Shown here: positions 1 to 11,331 of the stretch, one piece after another | Numbering within the stretch: position 1 is the first letter of the stretch | Layout of the letters: each line of letters starts with the position of its first letter | DNA from: Perkinsela sp. CCAP 1560/9 | Lineage: Eukaryota > Protista > Euglenozoa: Kinetoplastea | Direction of reading: 5' to 3' | Assembly (NCBI GenBank): GCA_965644495.1 | Contig: CBFFSA010000006.1 | Location: 682,001-746,000 of the forward strand | DNA length: 64,000 bases | The notes under the pieces: model-generated | Told to the model about the DNA's origin: nothing | Database searches by the model: none | Seen by the model: the letters and a program-made list of their open reading frames with translations, nothing else | Position numbers and translations under genes: made by a program

Positions 1-1
1 C

Positions 2-406
2 ACAATATGGCCCCTAGTGGGTCAGTTTTCTTGGGTTGGAGGTTTGAAATTTATTGAGGCGAGTCCTCGAAGCTCAATCGATACCTCTGTGGCGCTCCCA
101 AGCTTGCTTGAAAAAGGTTGTCCAATGCACATCCTAGTGGTGTATTTGGAATTCACTGGAGGTCTTCGAGATCGCATTGTCGTGAATACTCTACTCGAGC
201 ACGCTGTACGCAAATCTGATTGGGAGTTCGTTCGTCAGGGAATAGCTCACCTGGAAGATATTGACGCTCTTTCTCCACAGGCTCACCGTTGCTTTACACA
301 GCACGTGGAACTACGTGGAATGGAGGCCATATGTCTTGCTGTCATGCGGGCTGGATTACGCTTTTCGGACCTCACCGTCCAACGCATCGAAAAACTATGT
401 TCATAA
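2..406 (+). CDS. 3' part of a hypothetical protein (frame open to window start)
   Basis: Frame 2 is open from base 2 to TAA at 404-406; same strand as all other genes; no family recognised. Confidence 0.55.
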   Translation, partial: TIWPLVGQFSWVGGLKFIEASPRSSIDTSVALPSLLEKGCPMHILVVYLEFTGGLRDRIVVNTLLEHAVRKSDWEFVRQGIAHLEDIDALSPQAHRCFTQHVELRGMEAICLAVMRAGLRFSDLTVQRIEKLCS

Positions 407-665
407 TTCATGGGTCGGTTTGTTTGTTTTTCACACCGAATGGTCTTGGTATTTTAGTTAAGTAGTTTTCGTATCGCTGGACACTCTTATTCTTTCTGTT
501 TATTTCTCGGCAAATAAGTTGACTAATTTTCTGTAGACAAAACATGAATCGAGAAATGCCACATCAATTTCTAATTTTTTATTCGATTTGTGAAGGTATC
601 ACACAGCATTAATTTCTCGACATACATATCCTATTGTTACAATTCGATACAATATGTATGTATAG

Positions 666-1157
666 AATTTTTCTTTTTTTGTCTCTTCGTTAAAAGCAGT
701 GGTTTTTTTCAACTTATAAGTCACTTCGCATTGAAAACTACCTCCGCATTTAATGAAGAGACGAAAACAGATAAATTGTCCAGGCAAGAGAAAGAAACCG
801 CAGGGATTTGTGCCAAAAAGTAGTCACTTTTTCGCTGAAACTCGGGTTATTTTTCTGTATTTCGCGCGACCATGCCCCCCTTGCTCGGAAAATTGCTCGA
901 CCATGCCCCCTCTGGCCTCCCTAGACCCCATTTTTTCGAATAGTTTTTTTTCAATTCTCAACTCACCCTGCTGGATCCACCCTACCCCGGACTCCATAAA
1001 GAAGGGAGAGGCAGAGGTTGTAAACAACCCCCGCAATAACGCGTCATTTATGAGCCTAGGTCATAAATTATACTTTGTTTCGTTTTATTTTTTAACTGAT
1101 TTTGTTCATTTTTCTTTAATAATCGAGGGTAAAGTGGTAGTTATACAACCACCGCAA
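666..1157 (+). mobile_element. Copy A of hairpin-capped non-coding repeat family (diverged, internally deleted)
   Basis: Hairpin 681-762 (gtctcttcgttaa...ttaatgaagagac). 885-935 and 1080-1157 match the reverse complement of 25820-25880 and 25512-25580. Ends in mini-hairpin gtggtagttatacaaccaccgc (1134-1155). Confidence 0.7.
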
Positions 1158-1245
1158 CATCGGTAATAAATGTTCTGTCTTTTGAACAATTATACAAAAT
1201 ATTGAACACTACTTTGAACCGCTGATCTGATAGTGTCACAACTAT

Positions 1246-1255
1246 ATTTTTTTAG
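1246..1255 (+). promoter_or_regulatory. Putative trans-splice acceptor (T-tract + AG) for RER1
   Basis: atttttttAG ends 9 nt upstream of the ATG at 1265. Similar T-tract/AG sites precede ATGs at 10210 (AG 10205-6) and 34953 (AG 34940-1). Confidence 0.45.
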
Positions 1256-1264
1256 GTACGATTC

Positions 1265-1816
1265 ATGGAATATCCTTCTGGCTCATTTCCAATTGGCCCA
1301 AACGTGTCGGGAGTGTCAAACATGAGTCAACATTGGTCTGCTCGGCGTCAACGAATCCTTGACCAGCTTGTGCCCTGGTGTGCCTCGCGCTGGACTTCCC
1401 TGTCTTTCCTCATCTTGTACTATCTTCGTCGTGTCTACTGGCTTGGAGGGTACTATGTTATCACTTATGGATTAGGAATTTATCTTCTGAATGTTGCACT
1501 AATTTTTCTGACTCCTTTGAATGATCCAGAAGATGAAGATGATGGAAGCTCATCTCTGCCAACCTCAAACGACGAATTTCGTCCATTTGTTCGCCGCCTT
1601 CCCGAGTTCAAGTGTTGGCACATGGCTTTTTCTGCTACCCTTGTAGCTCTTTTCCTCACGCACTTTGAAATGTTTGACATTCCGGTGTTTTGGCCGATTC
1701 TTCTCCTTTATTTTATTGTCCTACTGTTTTTGACCATGAGACAACGCATTCAACACATGCTGCGTTACCGCTACGTACCGTGGACAGCCAATAAAAATTA
1801 TTATGTTTCAACCTAG
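1265..1816 (+). CDS. RER1: Rer1 ER-retrieval receptor
   Basis: GYYVITYGLGIYLLN, DEFRPFVRRLPEFK, FDIPVFWPILLLYF and TMRQRIQHMLRYRYVP are hallmark Rer1 motifs. Confidence 0.95.
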   Translation: MEYPSGSFPIGPNVSGVSNMSQHWSARRQRILDQLVPWCASRWTSLSFLILYYLRRVYWLGGYYVITYGLGIYLLNVALIFLTPLNDPEDEDDGSSSLPTSNDEFRPFVRRLPEFKCWHMAFSATLVALFLTHFEMFDIPVFWPILLLYFIVLLFLTMRQRIQHMLRYRYVPWTANKNYYVST

Positions 1817-2242
1817 TGAATACTTAATTAATAGGTACACCACTTACTTTGGGATATTAGTATATTTCTCGTGGGGCAGATCGCGCGATAGATCCGCATG
1901 ATTCTCCTTGAAGTGTGCTATTGTTTTCTGTAGTTTTGGTCTCGAAATTATTAGGCACCGATAGAAGCGAACCTGTTCGTTCTCCTCGTCATACTTTCGA
2001 TACTATCTAGCCTGGTTTATTCCTTTTGGTTATTGCTTAACTTATATACTGTATACTAATGGGCGATTTTTTATAAATAACAAACATACAGTACGCACTG
2101 TACGGTTCGGGGTACGTCAGGAACTTTTATAGTACCTATATGAACTTCATAACATGAACTGATTAAGATTTGCATGTTTTCAATATTTGATACTTCAATA
2201 TTTGTCCTTTTGCATACATTGTAGATCTCAAACGATCAGATA

Positions 2243-3388
2243 ATGAAATCATCCAAAACGGACGCGTCAATCCTGTTTCGGAAATTCTTTGGCACGAAGA
2301 ATAAAGTAACTGCCGCGGAAGACAATCGTGTTCAAACCTTCATCTTCGAGAATGTAAAAAATAATGATTATTTGGAATATTTTCAGCAATCGCAGACAGA
2401 ACTAAAGCATTTTTTACATCGTTTTATATCAGAAAGCAAATCTGATGTTCCTATTGCCTTGGTGTCATCGGGGGGAACGACAGTGCCTCTTGAGCAAAAC
2501 GGAGTACGCTGTATTTCAAATTTCAGTTCTGGGAATCGCGGGAGCGCGCTTGTTGAGAGCCTTCTACGCCACGGCTATTATGTAATTTTTATATCCCGAA
2601 GAGGCGCACTGCAACCCTTTTTACGGCACTTTGCACGCGATGTTGGTGATAATGCTTGTGGTTCCAACGCTTTATATCCCTCCTTTCCCCTGCGGGTTGC
2701 ACCCTTGGATTTCAGTCCCGATATTCAGCGGCGACATTCTCTTGACAACTGGATAGCAGAATCCGAAACGTTTAGTTCTCGATATATTACGCTCTATTTT
2801 GAAACAGTAGCAGAGTATCTTATGACGTTAAAATATTGCTGCATTACGATTAGTGCAGAAATTGCGGTGCGACCACTCATGGTTGTCCTTGCGGCTGCTG
2901 TCTCCGATTTTTATATTCCTTTTTCTGCTCTTCCAATGCACAAAATTCAAAGCAAATCTGATTCTGGTGTCATACCTAGGTATGCTGACGAAATACATCA
3001 ATCACCGAACTCGAAGTGGGAGAACGAACGTGTGGGAGAATTGCCTCCTTCTTTGACGCTAAATTTATTCCAGGTACCGAAAGCTTTGGGTCTCATATCG
3101 TCAAAGTGGCTTCCTAAATTCGCTTTCGTAGTGGGCTTTAAACTTGAAACTGATTTCCAGCAATTGGACAAAAAGGCTTTTTCCTGTGCCAAATTAAACG
3201 GTCTTCCTATAGTGGTAGGCAACCTTCTGTGCACCTCTAAAGAGGAATTATTCATATACAGTGTAGATACTAATCTAAATTGCGAACATATGAAGCGAAG
3301 CCAAAATCGAGAAATAGAAATTGATCTGGTGGAGAAGCTCTGCAATCTCCACGTAACTTTTCATGCGGCAGCACTACGTAGTAAGTAA
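2243..3388 (+). CDS. PPCS: Phosphopantothenate-cysteine ligase (eukaryotic CoaB/Cab2)
   Basis: SSGGTTVPLE, VRCISNFSSGNRG, LAAAVSDFYIP, HKIQS, VPKAL and VGFKLETD motifs. Confidence 0.92.
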   Translation: MKSSKTDASILFRKFFGTKNKVTAAEDNRVQTFIFENVKNNDYLEYFQQSQTELKHFLHRFISESKSDVPIALVSSGGTTVPLEQNGVRCISNFSSGNRGSALVESLLRHGYYVIFISRRGALQPFLRHFARDVGDNACGSNALYPSFPLRVAPLDFSPDIQRRHSLDNWIAESETFSSRYITLYFETVAEYLMTLKYCCITISAEIAVRPLMVVLAAAVSDFYIPFSALPMHKIQSKSDSGVIPRYADEIHQSPNSKWENERVGELPPSLTLNLFQVPKALGLISSKWLPKFAFVVGFKLETDFQQLDKKAFSCAKLNGLPIVVGNLLCTSKEELFIYSVDTNLNCEHMKRSQNREIEIDLVEKLCNLHVTFHAAALRSK

Positions 3389-3600
3389 TGCTCTGTCGAT
3401 TACTTATTGGTGTAGTTTTTTTCCTTTCTTCGGACGTCACCTGCCCTTTATTGCAACATGTTTTATGGGTTTTTTGGTATTGTTCTTCTAATTAATCGCT
3501 CCCGTAATTACGTTCCACTCTTGTATTTTATGATAATTCTATTTCTATGCGTGAAAAAATTTTATTGGTTCGGCCATAACTTAATAAGCGCGTATTCTAA

Positions 3601-6255
3601 ATGTCTGATGAGAGTGCGACAAAAAGTTCAACCAATGAAATAAACCCGAGCACTCGCGCGATTCTAAATTTTCCGGATGCTGAGTACCGGGTTTCACTTT
3701 CGAAATATATTGGCTATCCTTGGCCCAAGCTATGGAAGACTTCTTTGCATAGCGTTACAATAGAGAAAATAATGGAAACATTGTATTCTTCGTCAACTGT
3801 ATCCCGCGAAGTACTAGCTGAAAAGAATGACTGCACGTCCGACATTGACTCAGAGCTTTTATCAAACAAACTAAGCACGATTCATAGTGTTGCTACACCA
3901 GATACGTTAGACTTACAAAGGCTATGTGATTATGATATTAATTATGTTTCACCGAATAATGAGAAAGCTACGTTTAAAACTGGAAACGATACTTCTATCG
4001 ATAGTTCAGACTACAACCTATGCAAAAAAGGTTTTCAAAGTTCCTTTTCTGATCTAAACGAGATGAAAAAAGAAATGGATATCATCATGAGTGAAAAATT
4101 ATCCACTGCCTCTAAACCAATGAATCGAATCATAGAAAAATGCGAATGTACGCTACAAGAAATGTTAAGTGCAGCACAAGAATGTAATCAGCTTCACAAT
4201 CAAGTTGGTGGTAAATATTTTAAAGCGGCAGCTTGCAACGTCGGTTTCATGAGCCATGACACAAATATGAATCACGATATCTTCATATTGCTTAAAAGAA
4301 TATCTTCAATTGTAGAATCCGAGGTTACTATTCAAGCTTTGGTAATTGCTAACCAAATCCCTCGCGCTGTTGATATCTACTGTTATGCGCTAAATACCTT
4401 CAAGCTTCTGCACTCGGATTTGCTCTGTTTAAATTTCCTTCGAAATCAACTTCTGCGGAGTCGATTATCTCTAATTGAATCTTTGGCAGATCATCTCGCA
4501 AGAGAAAATCTATCTTGCACGTATATGTCCCTGTCAAGCAAAATTGATGAAGGAAATGTATCACGTCGAAACGAATCTAAAAGTAAAACGAATCTAAGAG
4601 TAATTTTGCAATCTTTGGCTAGAATATCAGGTCTGGAAGACGCCATTCTTAATTTACGATCTCGTTTTCTTGAACTATCGGTCCAAAAAACGGAGCAATT
4701 ATTTAGGCCTGACGAGCTTACGGCAGTTGACGAGAAATCACCTTCAGCGCATTCCATTGACGATTCAATTCGTTCAGAACTTATTTACATGCAAGCAAGT
4801 ATGAACACAAATATTTTAGGTTTTCTTGAGACCGTAGAACAAACCACGAATACTATTAGGAAAGTTATGGAGCACATTGTTTTTGATGATGCCGAGTCTA
4901 ATTTTGACTGTACAAAGCGAATTCTTAATGATATAAGCCCGGCAATTACTCGTCTTCAAGAAGGTCGTATTCGTTCGGTCTGGGCCACAAACAAAAACAA
5001 AATAATTGAATTGCGTTGGTCAGACTTCCAAACGTTTATTTCTACTGCAACACACCTTGTAGAATCTTTGAAAGCACTGAAATCGGATTCTGGATATTGT
5101 TTCGCGCTGGATATCCAGCCTACGAACTTATATGAAGACCTAGATGACATGAAACTTGCGTACATGTCTCATTCACACAGGAGGCATCTAAAGCGGCTGC
5201 ATGACGCATGGGATACTTCTCGGAGACCTTTGAACGATTCGGCATTCGATAGCGAACAAATCAAAAGGTTCGTTCGTTCTTTAAATACTGCCTGTTCAGA
5301 ATCAGAAATCATTGCCTTGCCGCAGCCTTCCAATACACATTCTCCCGAAATTGAAGGAGAACCAGAAAAATACAAAAATGGGGGTACACGTCTCTCTGTG
5401 TATTGTAGGCCGTTCACTATAAACGAGGCAACTCGGGTCTTTCTGGAGATAGTTGCTGAGATTGACATTGTGGTGGTCGAGTTTCCATCTATGCTTTGTA
5501 AAGCGGTTGAATTTGTTTCCGAACTTCTGGCTCTGGCTCTTTCAAAAAATATAGAAGGTTTGCCAAAAGAATATGCATCAGAAATTGACGTTTTAACATC
5601 GAACTTGGAAATTCACTTCTTGGGATCACAAAATTGTGCGGTAATGTACATCGTTGGCAAAGAGATTTTAGAGCGGTGGACTAAAATAGATTCTCCTAAC
5701 TTATCAAGAGATATTTTAGAACGTACTATTGCTGACGTTAAGAATAATGAATTCCAGTTTTATGAGACATTGATTACTATATTTCGACTTCGTTTAGAAC
5801 GTTACTCTTCTCCGAGCGCCTTGGAATTGCGAACTCGTAATGTGAAGGAATTTCACTTTTGGGGGTTGAGCCTTATCGAAGAACTTCACGCATTTATAAC
5901 CTCAGCAAAGTCTTTTTTGAATCCTACAGAACTCCAGTATCTCAAATTCCCCGCCATACATCAGCTTGGCCTCTATATTTCCAAAGAAATACAAGCACTT
6001 AGAAATAATTTAGAACACCATTCCACATTCGATACTTTTTTTCGGGAAAGAATTCAGTTTTACACGAATAATCTCGCCAAATCAGAATATTCTTTTTCGC
6101 AGGCAAGGTCGCTTCAAGAAATTAAGATTAATGGAGAAACCCTTGGCGCCGATTCAAAAACTGAGGACATACTAGAAAATGTTTTTCCTTTTTTGCGAAA
6201 TGAAAGAACCGTGAATGAATCCTTGCTGCAATTAAGAAAGGATGTAGATGCGTAA
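3601..6255 (+). CDS. Divergent Vps54-like (GARP tethering complex) protein
   Basis: 884-aa helical protein. C-terminal segments (HRRHLKRLHDAWD; LSVYCRPFTINEATRVFLEIVAE; ELLALALSK; HFLGSQNC) weakly resemble the Vps54 C-terminal region. Confidence 0.5.
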   Translation: MSDESATKSSTNEINPSTRAILNFPDAEYRVSLSKYIGYPWPKLWKTSLHSVTIEKIMETLYSSSTVSREVLAEKNDCTSDIDSELLSNKLSTIHSVATPDTLDLQRLCDYDINYVSPNNEKATFKTGNDTSIDSSDYNLCKKGFQSSFSDLNEMKKEMDIIMSEKLSTASKPMNRIIEKCECTLQEMLSAAQECNQLHNQVGGKYFKAAACNVGFMSHDTNMNHDIFILLKRISSIVESEVTIQALVIANQIPRAVDIYCYALNTFKLLHSDLLCLNFLRNQLLRSRLSLIESLADHLARENLSCTYMSLSSKIDEGNVSRRNESKSKTNLRVILQSLARISGLEDAILNLRSRFLELSVQKTEQLFRPDELTAVDEKSPSAHSIDDSIRSELIYMQASMNTNILGFLETVEQTTNTIRKVMEHIVFDDAESNFDCTKRILNDISPAITRLQEGRIRSVWATNKNKIIELRWSDFQTFISTATHLVESLKALKSDSGYCFALDIQPTNLYEDLDDMKLAYMSHSHRRHLKRLHDAWDTSRRPLNDSAFDSEQIKRFVRSLNTACSESEIIALPQPSNTHSPEIEGEPEKYKNGGTRLSVYCRPFTINEATRVFLEIVAEIDIVVVEFPSMLCKAVEFVSELLALALSKNIEGLPKEYASEIDVLTSNLEIHFLGSQNCAVMYIVGKEILERWTKIDSPNLSRDILERTIADVKNNEFQFYETLITIFRLRLERYSSPSALELRTRNVKEFHFWGLSLIEELHAFITSAKSFLNPTELQYLKFPAIHQLGLYISKEIQALRNNLEHHSTFDTFFRERIQFYTNNLAKSEYSFSQARSLQEIKINGETLGADSKTEDILENVFPFLRNERTVNESLLQLRKDVDA

Positions 6256-6506
6256 AGTGCTGTAACGCACATAATTATAACCGCGGGGAACTTTTTTCTA
6301 TCTCCTAGGTGTTGGAAATGTGCAAGAAATATTATAATTCCTTTCCGATTTTAATTTTTCTGAGGTTTATCTTTCTCATTAGATAAGCTTTATGATTTTA
6401 TAAGTGAGGCCACAGCGTTTAAAATTTTCTGTTCTGTCAATATGCAATCTGAGCATTGAACATTTTCAGCGAATCAATCTTCTTCTAACGAGCTTATATA
6501 GTTTTC

Positions 6507-7418
6507 ATGAAAGGAGACACAAAAATTGGAATCGTTTCGAAAGAATCTTTTGAAAGTGCCACTTCAAGTGAGTGGGGAAGTGCCAGCTCAGAAGATCCCT
6601 GTTCCGAAATATTACGCGATGTCTCTTCTATGGATGCATCTAACTGTTCTCCTGTATGTGCAGCACATGTCGCGAACAGCTTACATTTTTATGACGAGCC
6701 AGATTGGGAGCACGAACTTGAACGAGGAAATGCGTATTTCTATTTTTCTTGCAAGGTCGGACACACTCTCAGTCTAACTGAGAAGGATACTGTAAATTCG
6801 ATAGTGAATCTTAGTAGTTTTCGTAACGAAGTAGACGAAAACAAAGTCCCCGCGTTCGATATCTACGATGACCGTGATGCCGCCTTGTACACTGTCGTAC
6901 TCACGAAAGCGTGTTATTTGGTTCCCGGCCTTACGATTGAGCTCCTCAAACCCGAATTTCTTGCATCTGTGGAATACCAAAGAAATTGTCAGCCCCGAAA
7001 TTCGACCATCGAAACCGAAACTGCGGATCCCGTTACTTTCCGCTTTTCCAAGCCAGTGATTCGTTTTCTTTATTCGCTCACTGTTCAGTTTCGGGTTAGC
7101 GTTCTTTCAGACGAAGCGCTGCGATGTCTTGAAGTACTCCACGGAATGTCAATACAGCACGGATTACTTTTGGAACGCACGAAACGTACTCCTGGAAAAG
7201 TAGACAGCACTGCTAAAGTGAAATCCGTGTTACTGTACTCCTCCGTGTGCGGGGGACTTCTTGTCACCAACACAACTGCTGTATTAAACACGAGTATCCC
7301 GTCAATTGCATCAAGCATTATGGGAACGTTGGCTTCCACGGCCTCGAAGGAGGTCGGGGAGACTGCGGAGCGCACTCGCGAATATATTTCAAAGGTATCT
7401 GGAAGTAATAAGATGTAA
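6507..7418 (+). CDS. Hypothetical protein
   Basis: 303-aa ATG-initiated ORF on the coding strand; no family recognised. Confidence 0.7.
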   Translation: MKGDTKIGIVSKESFESATSSEWGSASSEDPCSEILRDVSSMDASNCSPVCAAHVANSLHFYDEPDWEHELERGNAYFYFSCKVGHTLSLTEKDTVNSIVNLSSFRNEVDENKVPAFDIYDDRDAALYTVVLTKACYLVPGLTIELLKPEFLASVEYQRNCQPRNSTIETETADPVTFRFSKPVIRFLYSLTVQFRVSVLSDEALRCLEVLHGMSIQHGLLLERTKRTPGKVDSTAKVKSVLLYSSVCGGLLVTNTTAVLNTSIPSIASSIMGTLASTASKEVGETAERTREYISKVSGSNKM

Positions 7419-7637
7419 TTTTGCATCAATATTGATTCCCATTGAACTGAGTTTCTGGTCCATATTTTTTTGTTGTAGCAAATTCAGTGGGCTTTCTGTG
7501 TGTTGCTTTTCTTACTCATAGTTATCGTGTGTATATTTTTTTATCGCACGTAATGGTTAACAATGCAGTGTTTTCATCCTAATATCGTTGTACTTTATCT
7601 AACATAGTGCGCAATTACTTTCTGAGACATTGACAAA

Positions 7638-8672
7638 ATGAGGTGTTTCTCCCTTCTCTATTCTGCGCCCACTGCGTGTAGAACTGTCATTGCTCGAGCC
7701 ACAGGTGTACCATACAATCTGGAGCGCATTGAAAAACTGGTTGCTGACAAGGAAATATCGTACAAAATCCTTCTCACGTTTCCGAACACAAAGCACAAGG
7801 GGCTTCCTTTACACAATGAAGGTAAGCGACACCGTTCACTGCGCTTCATTGCGTTTGAGGCATCGCGACAAGGTGATCCATCCTACCCCGTGACACATTT
7901 TTTGCTACAAGAAGGCGTCCACGTGGCATGGGGTGCCTCACTTACAGACATGAACCTTGTGGAGCAACGTCTTGCCACACACAATGCTATTGCCTCCGAG
8001 CGGGCCGTATTCCAATCGCCACTCACGGAGTCGATGCACTACCGTTGTCACGCGGAATACAAAGCCGCAGGGGGCACTCGTCGCTCCGGTTCCTTCGTGG
8101 ATGCCGATGCGGATAGTTTTGTTCTCCACGATGATGAGAATGTGTTAAACAAAGTGCCTTTTACTTTTGCTCTCGCCCAGAGCGCTCTGATTGATGCCAC
8201 AAATGAGACCATGACACCCACAGTGCGTCAAACACGCCAGTGGAGCCGGGAGGTCGTCGCCACCGGGACCTTGTGCTTCAGTTTGCGTCGCCTGCGTCAG
8301 CACAAGGCTATGATGACACTTGTTGCCACGGATGTGTTAGCTGGACGGGCATTGGACAAGCCTGCATTTTTTTGGTACGCCGCCTCCGGACCCCTCCGTC
8401 CGCTGTCACAGGTCTATGGTGAGGCACAGGAGCATTTGGAGATCGACCGACGTCGCGACTTTCTACTGGAACGTCTGCGTAACGTCTCGACGACGATGGA
8501 ATTTCTACTCGGGGAGCACCATAGTGGGGTGTCGCACCGCTTGGAGTGGGTCATTATCCTTCTCATTATGGTGGAGGTTCTTTTCGCGTTGAATCATTTT
8601 GTTCATGATTCAAGGGTAGTAGACGAAGATGACTCAACCTCCACAACGAGAACTACAGTCTCAGAAGCGTGA
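7638..8672 (+). CDS. RMD1/RMND1 (DUF155) family protein
   Basis: EGVHVAWG, FALAQS, LDKPAFFW, HLEIDRR, HRLEWVIILLIMVEV with a C-terminal TM segment. Confidence 0.85.
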   Translation: MRCFSLLYSAPTACRTVIARATGVPYNLERIEKLVADKEISYKILLTFPNTKHKGLPLHNEGKRHRSLRFIAFEASRQGDPSYPVTHFLLQEGVHVAWGASLTDMNLVEQRLATHNAIASERAVFQSPLTESMHYRCHAEYKAAGGTRRSGSFVDADADSFVLHDDENVLNKVPFTFALAQSALIDATNETMTPTVRQTRQWSREVVATGTLCFSLRRLRQHKAMMTLVATDVLAGRALDKPAFFWYAASGPLRPLSQVYGEAQEHLEIDRRRDFLLERLRNVSTTMEFLLGEHHSGVSHRLEWVIILLIMVEVLFALNHFVHDSRVVDEDDSTSTTRTTVSEA

Positions 8673-9117
8673 AATCAACGTTTTGCTGTTAGCATGAGTA
8701 GTGTGTAAAACCTACGTAATTTCCATAATCTCTGAGCTTTTTCTGTCCGTTTCATGCGCTTAGAGCTCGAGTTGTGGTTCGGCATCTTATACTGAATAAC
8801 CTTATTGGATTCTTGCCAAAGCTTTTTTAGCGTTCCCTTGTAATGAAGGAACTGATTACGGGGGAACTTTAGTCTACTACTAACTTATCCAAGTGCAACG
8901 TCAAAAAAATGATTATCTTGTTGAAGTCAAATGGAACTGTTAACTGAGGTGTATGAGACCGATTGTAATTTCTTTTGACAAATATTGCAGCTTTATGGTA
9001 AATAAAATTTACCAGTGTGTACATTTTTGTCTAAAACAGCTTTCCGATGTTTTTGACTCATCTTTTTCTGTTATTTTCAGTCAACTTATTTCAAATTTCA
9101 TATAATCACTAGATATT

Positions 9118-9918
9118 ATGCTTCATCGCTGTGTCTCGTGGAGAATCAAAATTCATCGACGAAAAACAATTCAATTCAAAGGAGTTAGAAAAGCAGCTAA
9201 GCGAGAGCATCTAAATTCCAATCCTTACATTGCTCTAGGAAACCATTACGAAACAAGCGTATGCACGGGTCATGAGCTGGAGGCGTTTCAAAATTTTACT
9301 ACCTACGCTTTTACTGAAGAAAATTCGCCTCTCATTCTTCACACGCGAAATTTAAGCGATTTGCCTCCCAATGAACGGCTTGAGGCCATACTTGACTTGA
9401 TGCAGAAAAAGTGGAAAGGTCGTGATTATGTTAAATCTGTCGAAAAACTCCGTTTATGTACTCGTGCCGTACAGTGTTTTGAAGATCTTTGTCGGATGCA
9501 TAGCGCAATGCTCTGTGACTATGGAGAAGACTACCGCACACGTTTTGCTGATATTGTGGAGAGTATATGCGTTCTTGTACAACGCGTGCGAAACGATTTT
9601 CCCGAAGCCCCGGCAGCTCTTCTCTACACTGCGAAAGTATGTGAACTTATCGGCGAGGAATCCCTAGAGTCGCAGTGCTTTCGTACCGCTGAGTCTTCTA
9701 TTAAAAGTCTTGATGAGCCTATTACCCCATCAAAGCTTTTTGGTCAAAACTTTCCTGGAATGAATAAAATATCAGATTCTTCCAAAGCGTTTGTTCCTAA
9801 GTCTTATTCCAAACCATCTGGAGCATATGATACCACGCAAAATACGAAGGTACCGCAAAAAGCGTTATCACTTTTTGATCCTTCTTGCACAGTGCACGAA
9901 GAATTTGATTTAAGATAG
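9118..9918 (+). CDS. Hypothetical protein, possibly mitochondrial
   Basis: 266-aa ORF with a short basic N-terminus (MLHRCVSWRIKIHRR) resembling kinetoplastid mitochondrial presequences. Confidence 0.65.
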   Translation: MLHRCVSWRIKIHRRKTIQFKGVRKAAKREHLNSNPYIALGNHYETSVCTGHELEAFQNFTTYAFTEENSPLILHTRNLSDLPPNERLEAILDLMQKKWKGRDYVKSVEKLRLCTRAVQCFEDLCRMHSAMLCDYGEDYRTRFADIVESICVLVQRVRNDFPEAPAALLYTAKVCELIGEESLESQCFRTAESSIKSLDEPITPSKLFGQNFPGMNKISDSSKAFVPKSYSKPSGAYDTTQNTKVPQKALSLFDPSCTVHEEFDLR

Positions 9919-10209
9919 GTACGCATGGGGATATGGGTTGGTGTGAGAGCACCAAAATTCTACAGGTAGCAGCTCACATGTGCATTGGTAAATCTTTTAG
10001 TTTTTCTGCTTAATACAGTAGGCATTAAGCGGTTTGAACACTATTGAATATTCTCGCTTGCTTAGTCTTTGTATTCTTATCATTTTGTAAATATTTTGTA
10101 GTTTATTACTTATAATTTTCTATCATTACTACTGCAAATGTGGCTAAAATTTAAGTGAAGCGCGAGAAACCTCCATTCCTGACGCGCATCAATTATCTGT
10201 TTTTAGATT

Positions 10210-11205
10210 ATGAAACGAAAATTTGTTTCCCTAGGTGGATGGTGTGGGCCTGCATTGATTTTGGGAAAGCTTGGAGTACGAACGGAGGCTTACCCGTTCG
10301 ACTTTTCTCGCGTCACACTTGATGGTGTGTTAAATTTTCTTACCAATGGTTTTAATGAGGGATTCTTTCCTTTGGGTCCTCCATACCGCCCAGAGTGCGT
10401 CGGACCTTGGGTTCTCTTTCGCTCTCAACACTGCGCATTTGCTCACTTTGACCTAAACGACCCCTCCGTTCTTTCCGGTTTCCAACGGAAGTTTGACCGC
10501 TTCAACGCGTTGGTCGATGGCAAAGACTCCAGTGTCACTTTTCTGCGAACCGTTACTGCACGGCATCCATTAGAGGAGATTTCCCTAATTCCGAAACTTG
10601 AAACTATAATTAAGAAAAGAAATCCACATCTGGACTACCGTGTTGTTCTTATTGTACACGATCAACCCGGGATGAGCACCACACAACATACCCCCTTGAG
10701 CGATCGATGTAGCCTTTGGTCTTTGCGCTACGACAAGTCAGCTCCCGACGCAAGTCTCTTTGATAAAACCTGTGCTGGATACGAACATATTGTTCGTGTC
10801 AGCGAAAAGCAAGAAAGCTGGCCGCCTTGTCAGGAGGCCAATGTGCCGAGTGAGTCCCAATGGTATCCCCACAACAATCTTGCACTGATTGATGGTATCG
10901 CAAGTGTGGGAGGGACCTGTGTAGGAGTGGGAAGTACCAAGCAGCACTCAGATGGAAAATGTCACTATTGTGGTGACATGACTTCACATAGCTCTAAGCA
11001 TCCCTGGTTGCAGCCCTCCAGAGCGTTCTCCGTGGAGGAAGATGAAATTATTCTTCCCCATTTGTATCGTATTGTGGCAGGAGAGGATCGAGTAGAAGTT
11101 GTGGAGACGCTTGCCAATCAGCTACACCGTACTGCTTGGGAGATTATTTCTCGAATTCAATTTCTTACGAATTCAAGCTCAAAAATTACCGATGGTTTGA
11201 TGTAA
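10210..11205 (+). CDS. DUF1796 (putative papain-like peptidase) protein with C-terminal Myb/SANT-like repeat
   Basis: N-terminal VSLGGWCG...RTEAYPFDF; RKFDRF..L; C-terminal FSVEEDEIIL...LANQLHRTAWEIISR. Confidence 0.65.
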   Translation: MKRKFVSLGGWCGPALILGKLGVRTEAYPFDFSRVTLDGVLNFLTNGFNEGFFPLGPPYRPECVGPWVLFRSQHCAFAHFDLNDPSVLSGFQRKFDRFNALVDGKDSSVTFLRTVTARHPLEEISLIPKLETIIKKRNPHLDYRVVLIVHDQPGMSTTQHTPLSDRCSLWSLRYDKSAPDASLFDKTCAGYEHIVRVSEKQESWPPCQEANVPSESQWYPHNNLALIDGIASVGGTCVGVGSTKQHSDGKCHYCGDMTSHSSKHPWLQPSRAFSVEEDEIILPHLYRIVAGEDRVEVVETLANQLHRTAWEIISRIQFLTNSSSKITDGLM

Positions 11206-11331
11206 GTGTTTTACATTGTATATTCCTTTTGATTTGTTTTTTTATAAATGAGTAGTAAAAAGAGCACATACCTTATCTAAATTGTCTTTCTAGGGACTCG
11301 TCGTCATTTTGTAGATTAGACTTCATTTTCG

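Noticed and set aside
590-1166. ORFs 590-823, 753-1166 and 824-1036, and similar ORFs at 25455-26500, 61096-61284 and 62963-63521
   Set aside because: They fall in the non-coding repeat family; frames are not conserved between copies and the shared peptide (ARFALKTT) merely reflects the hairpin DNA.
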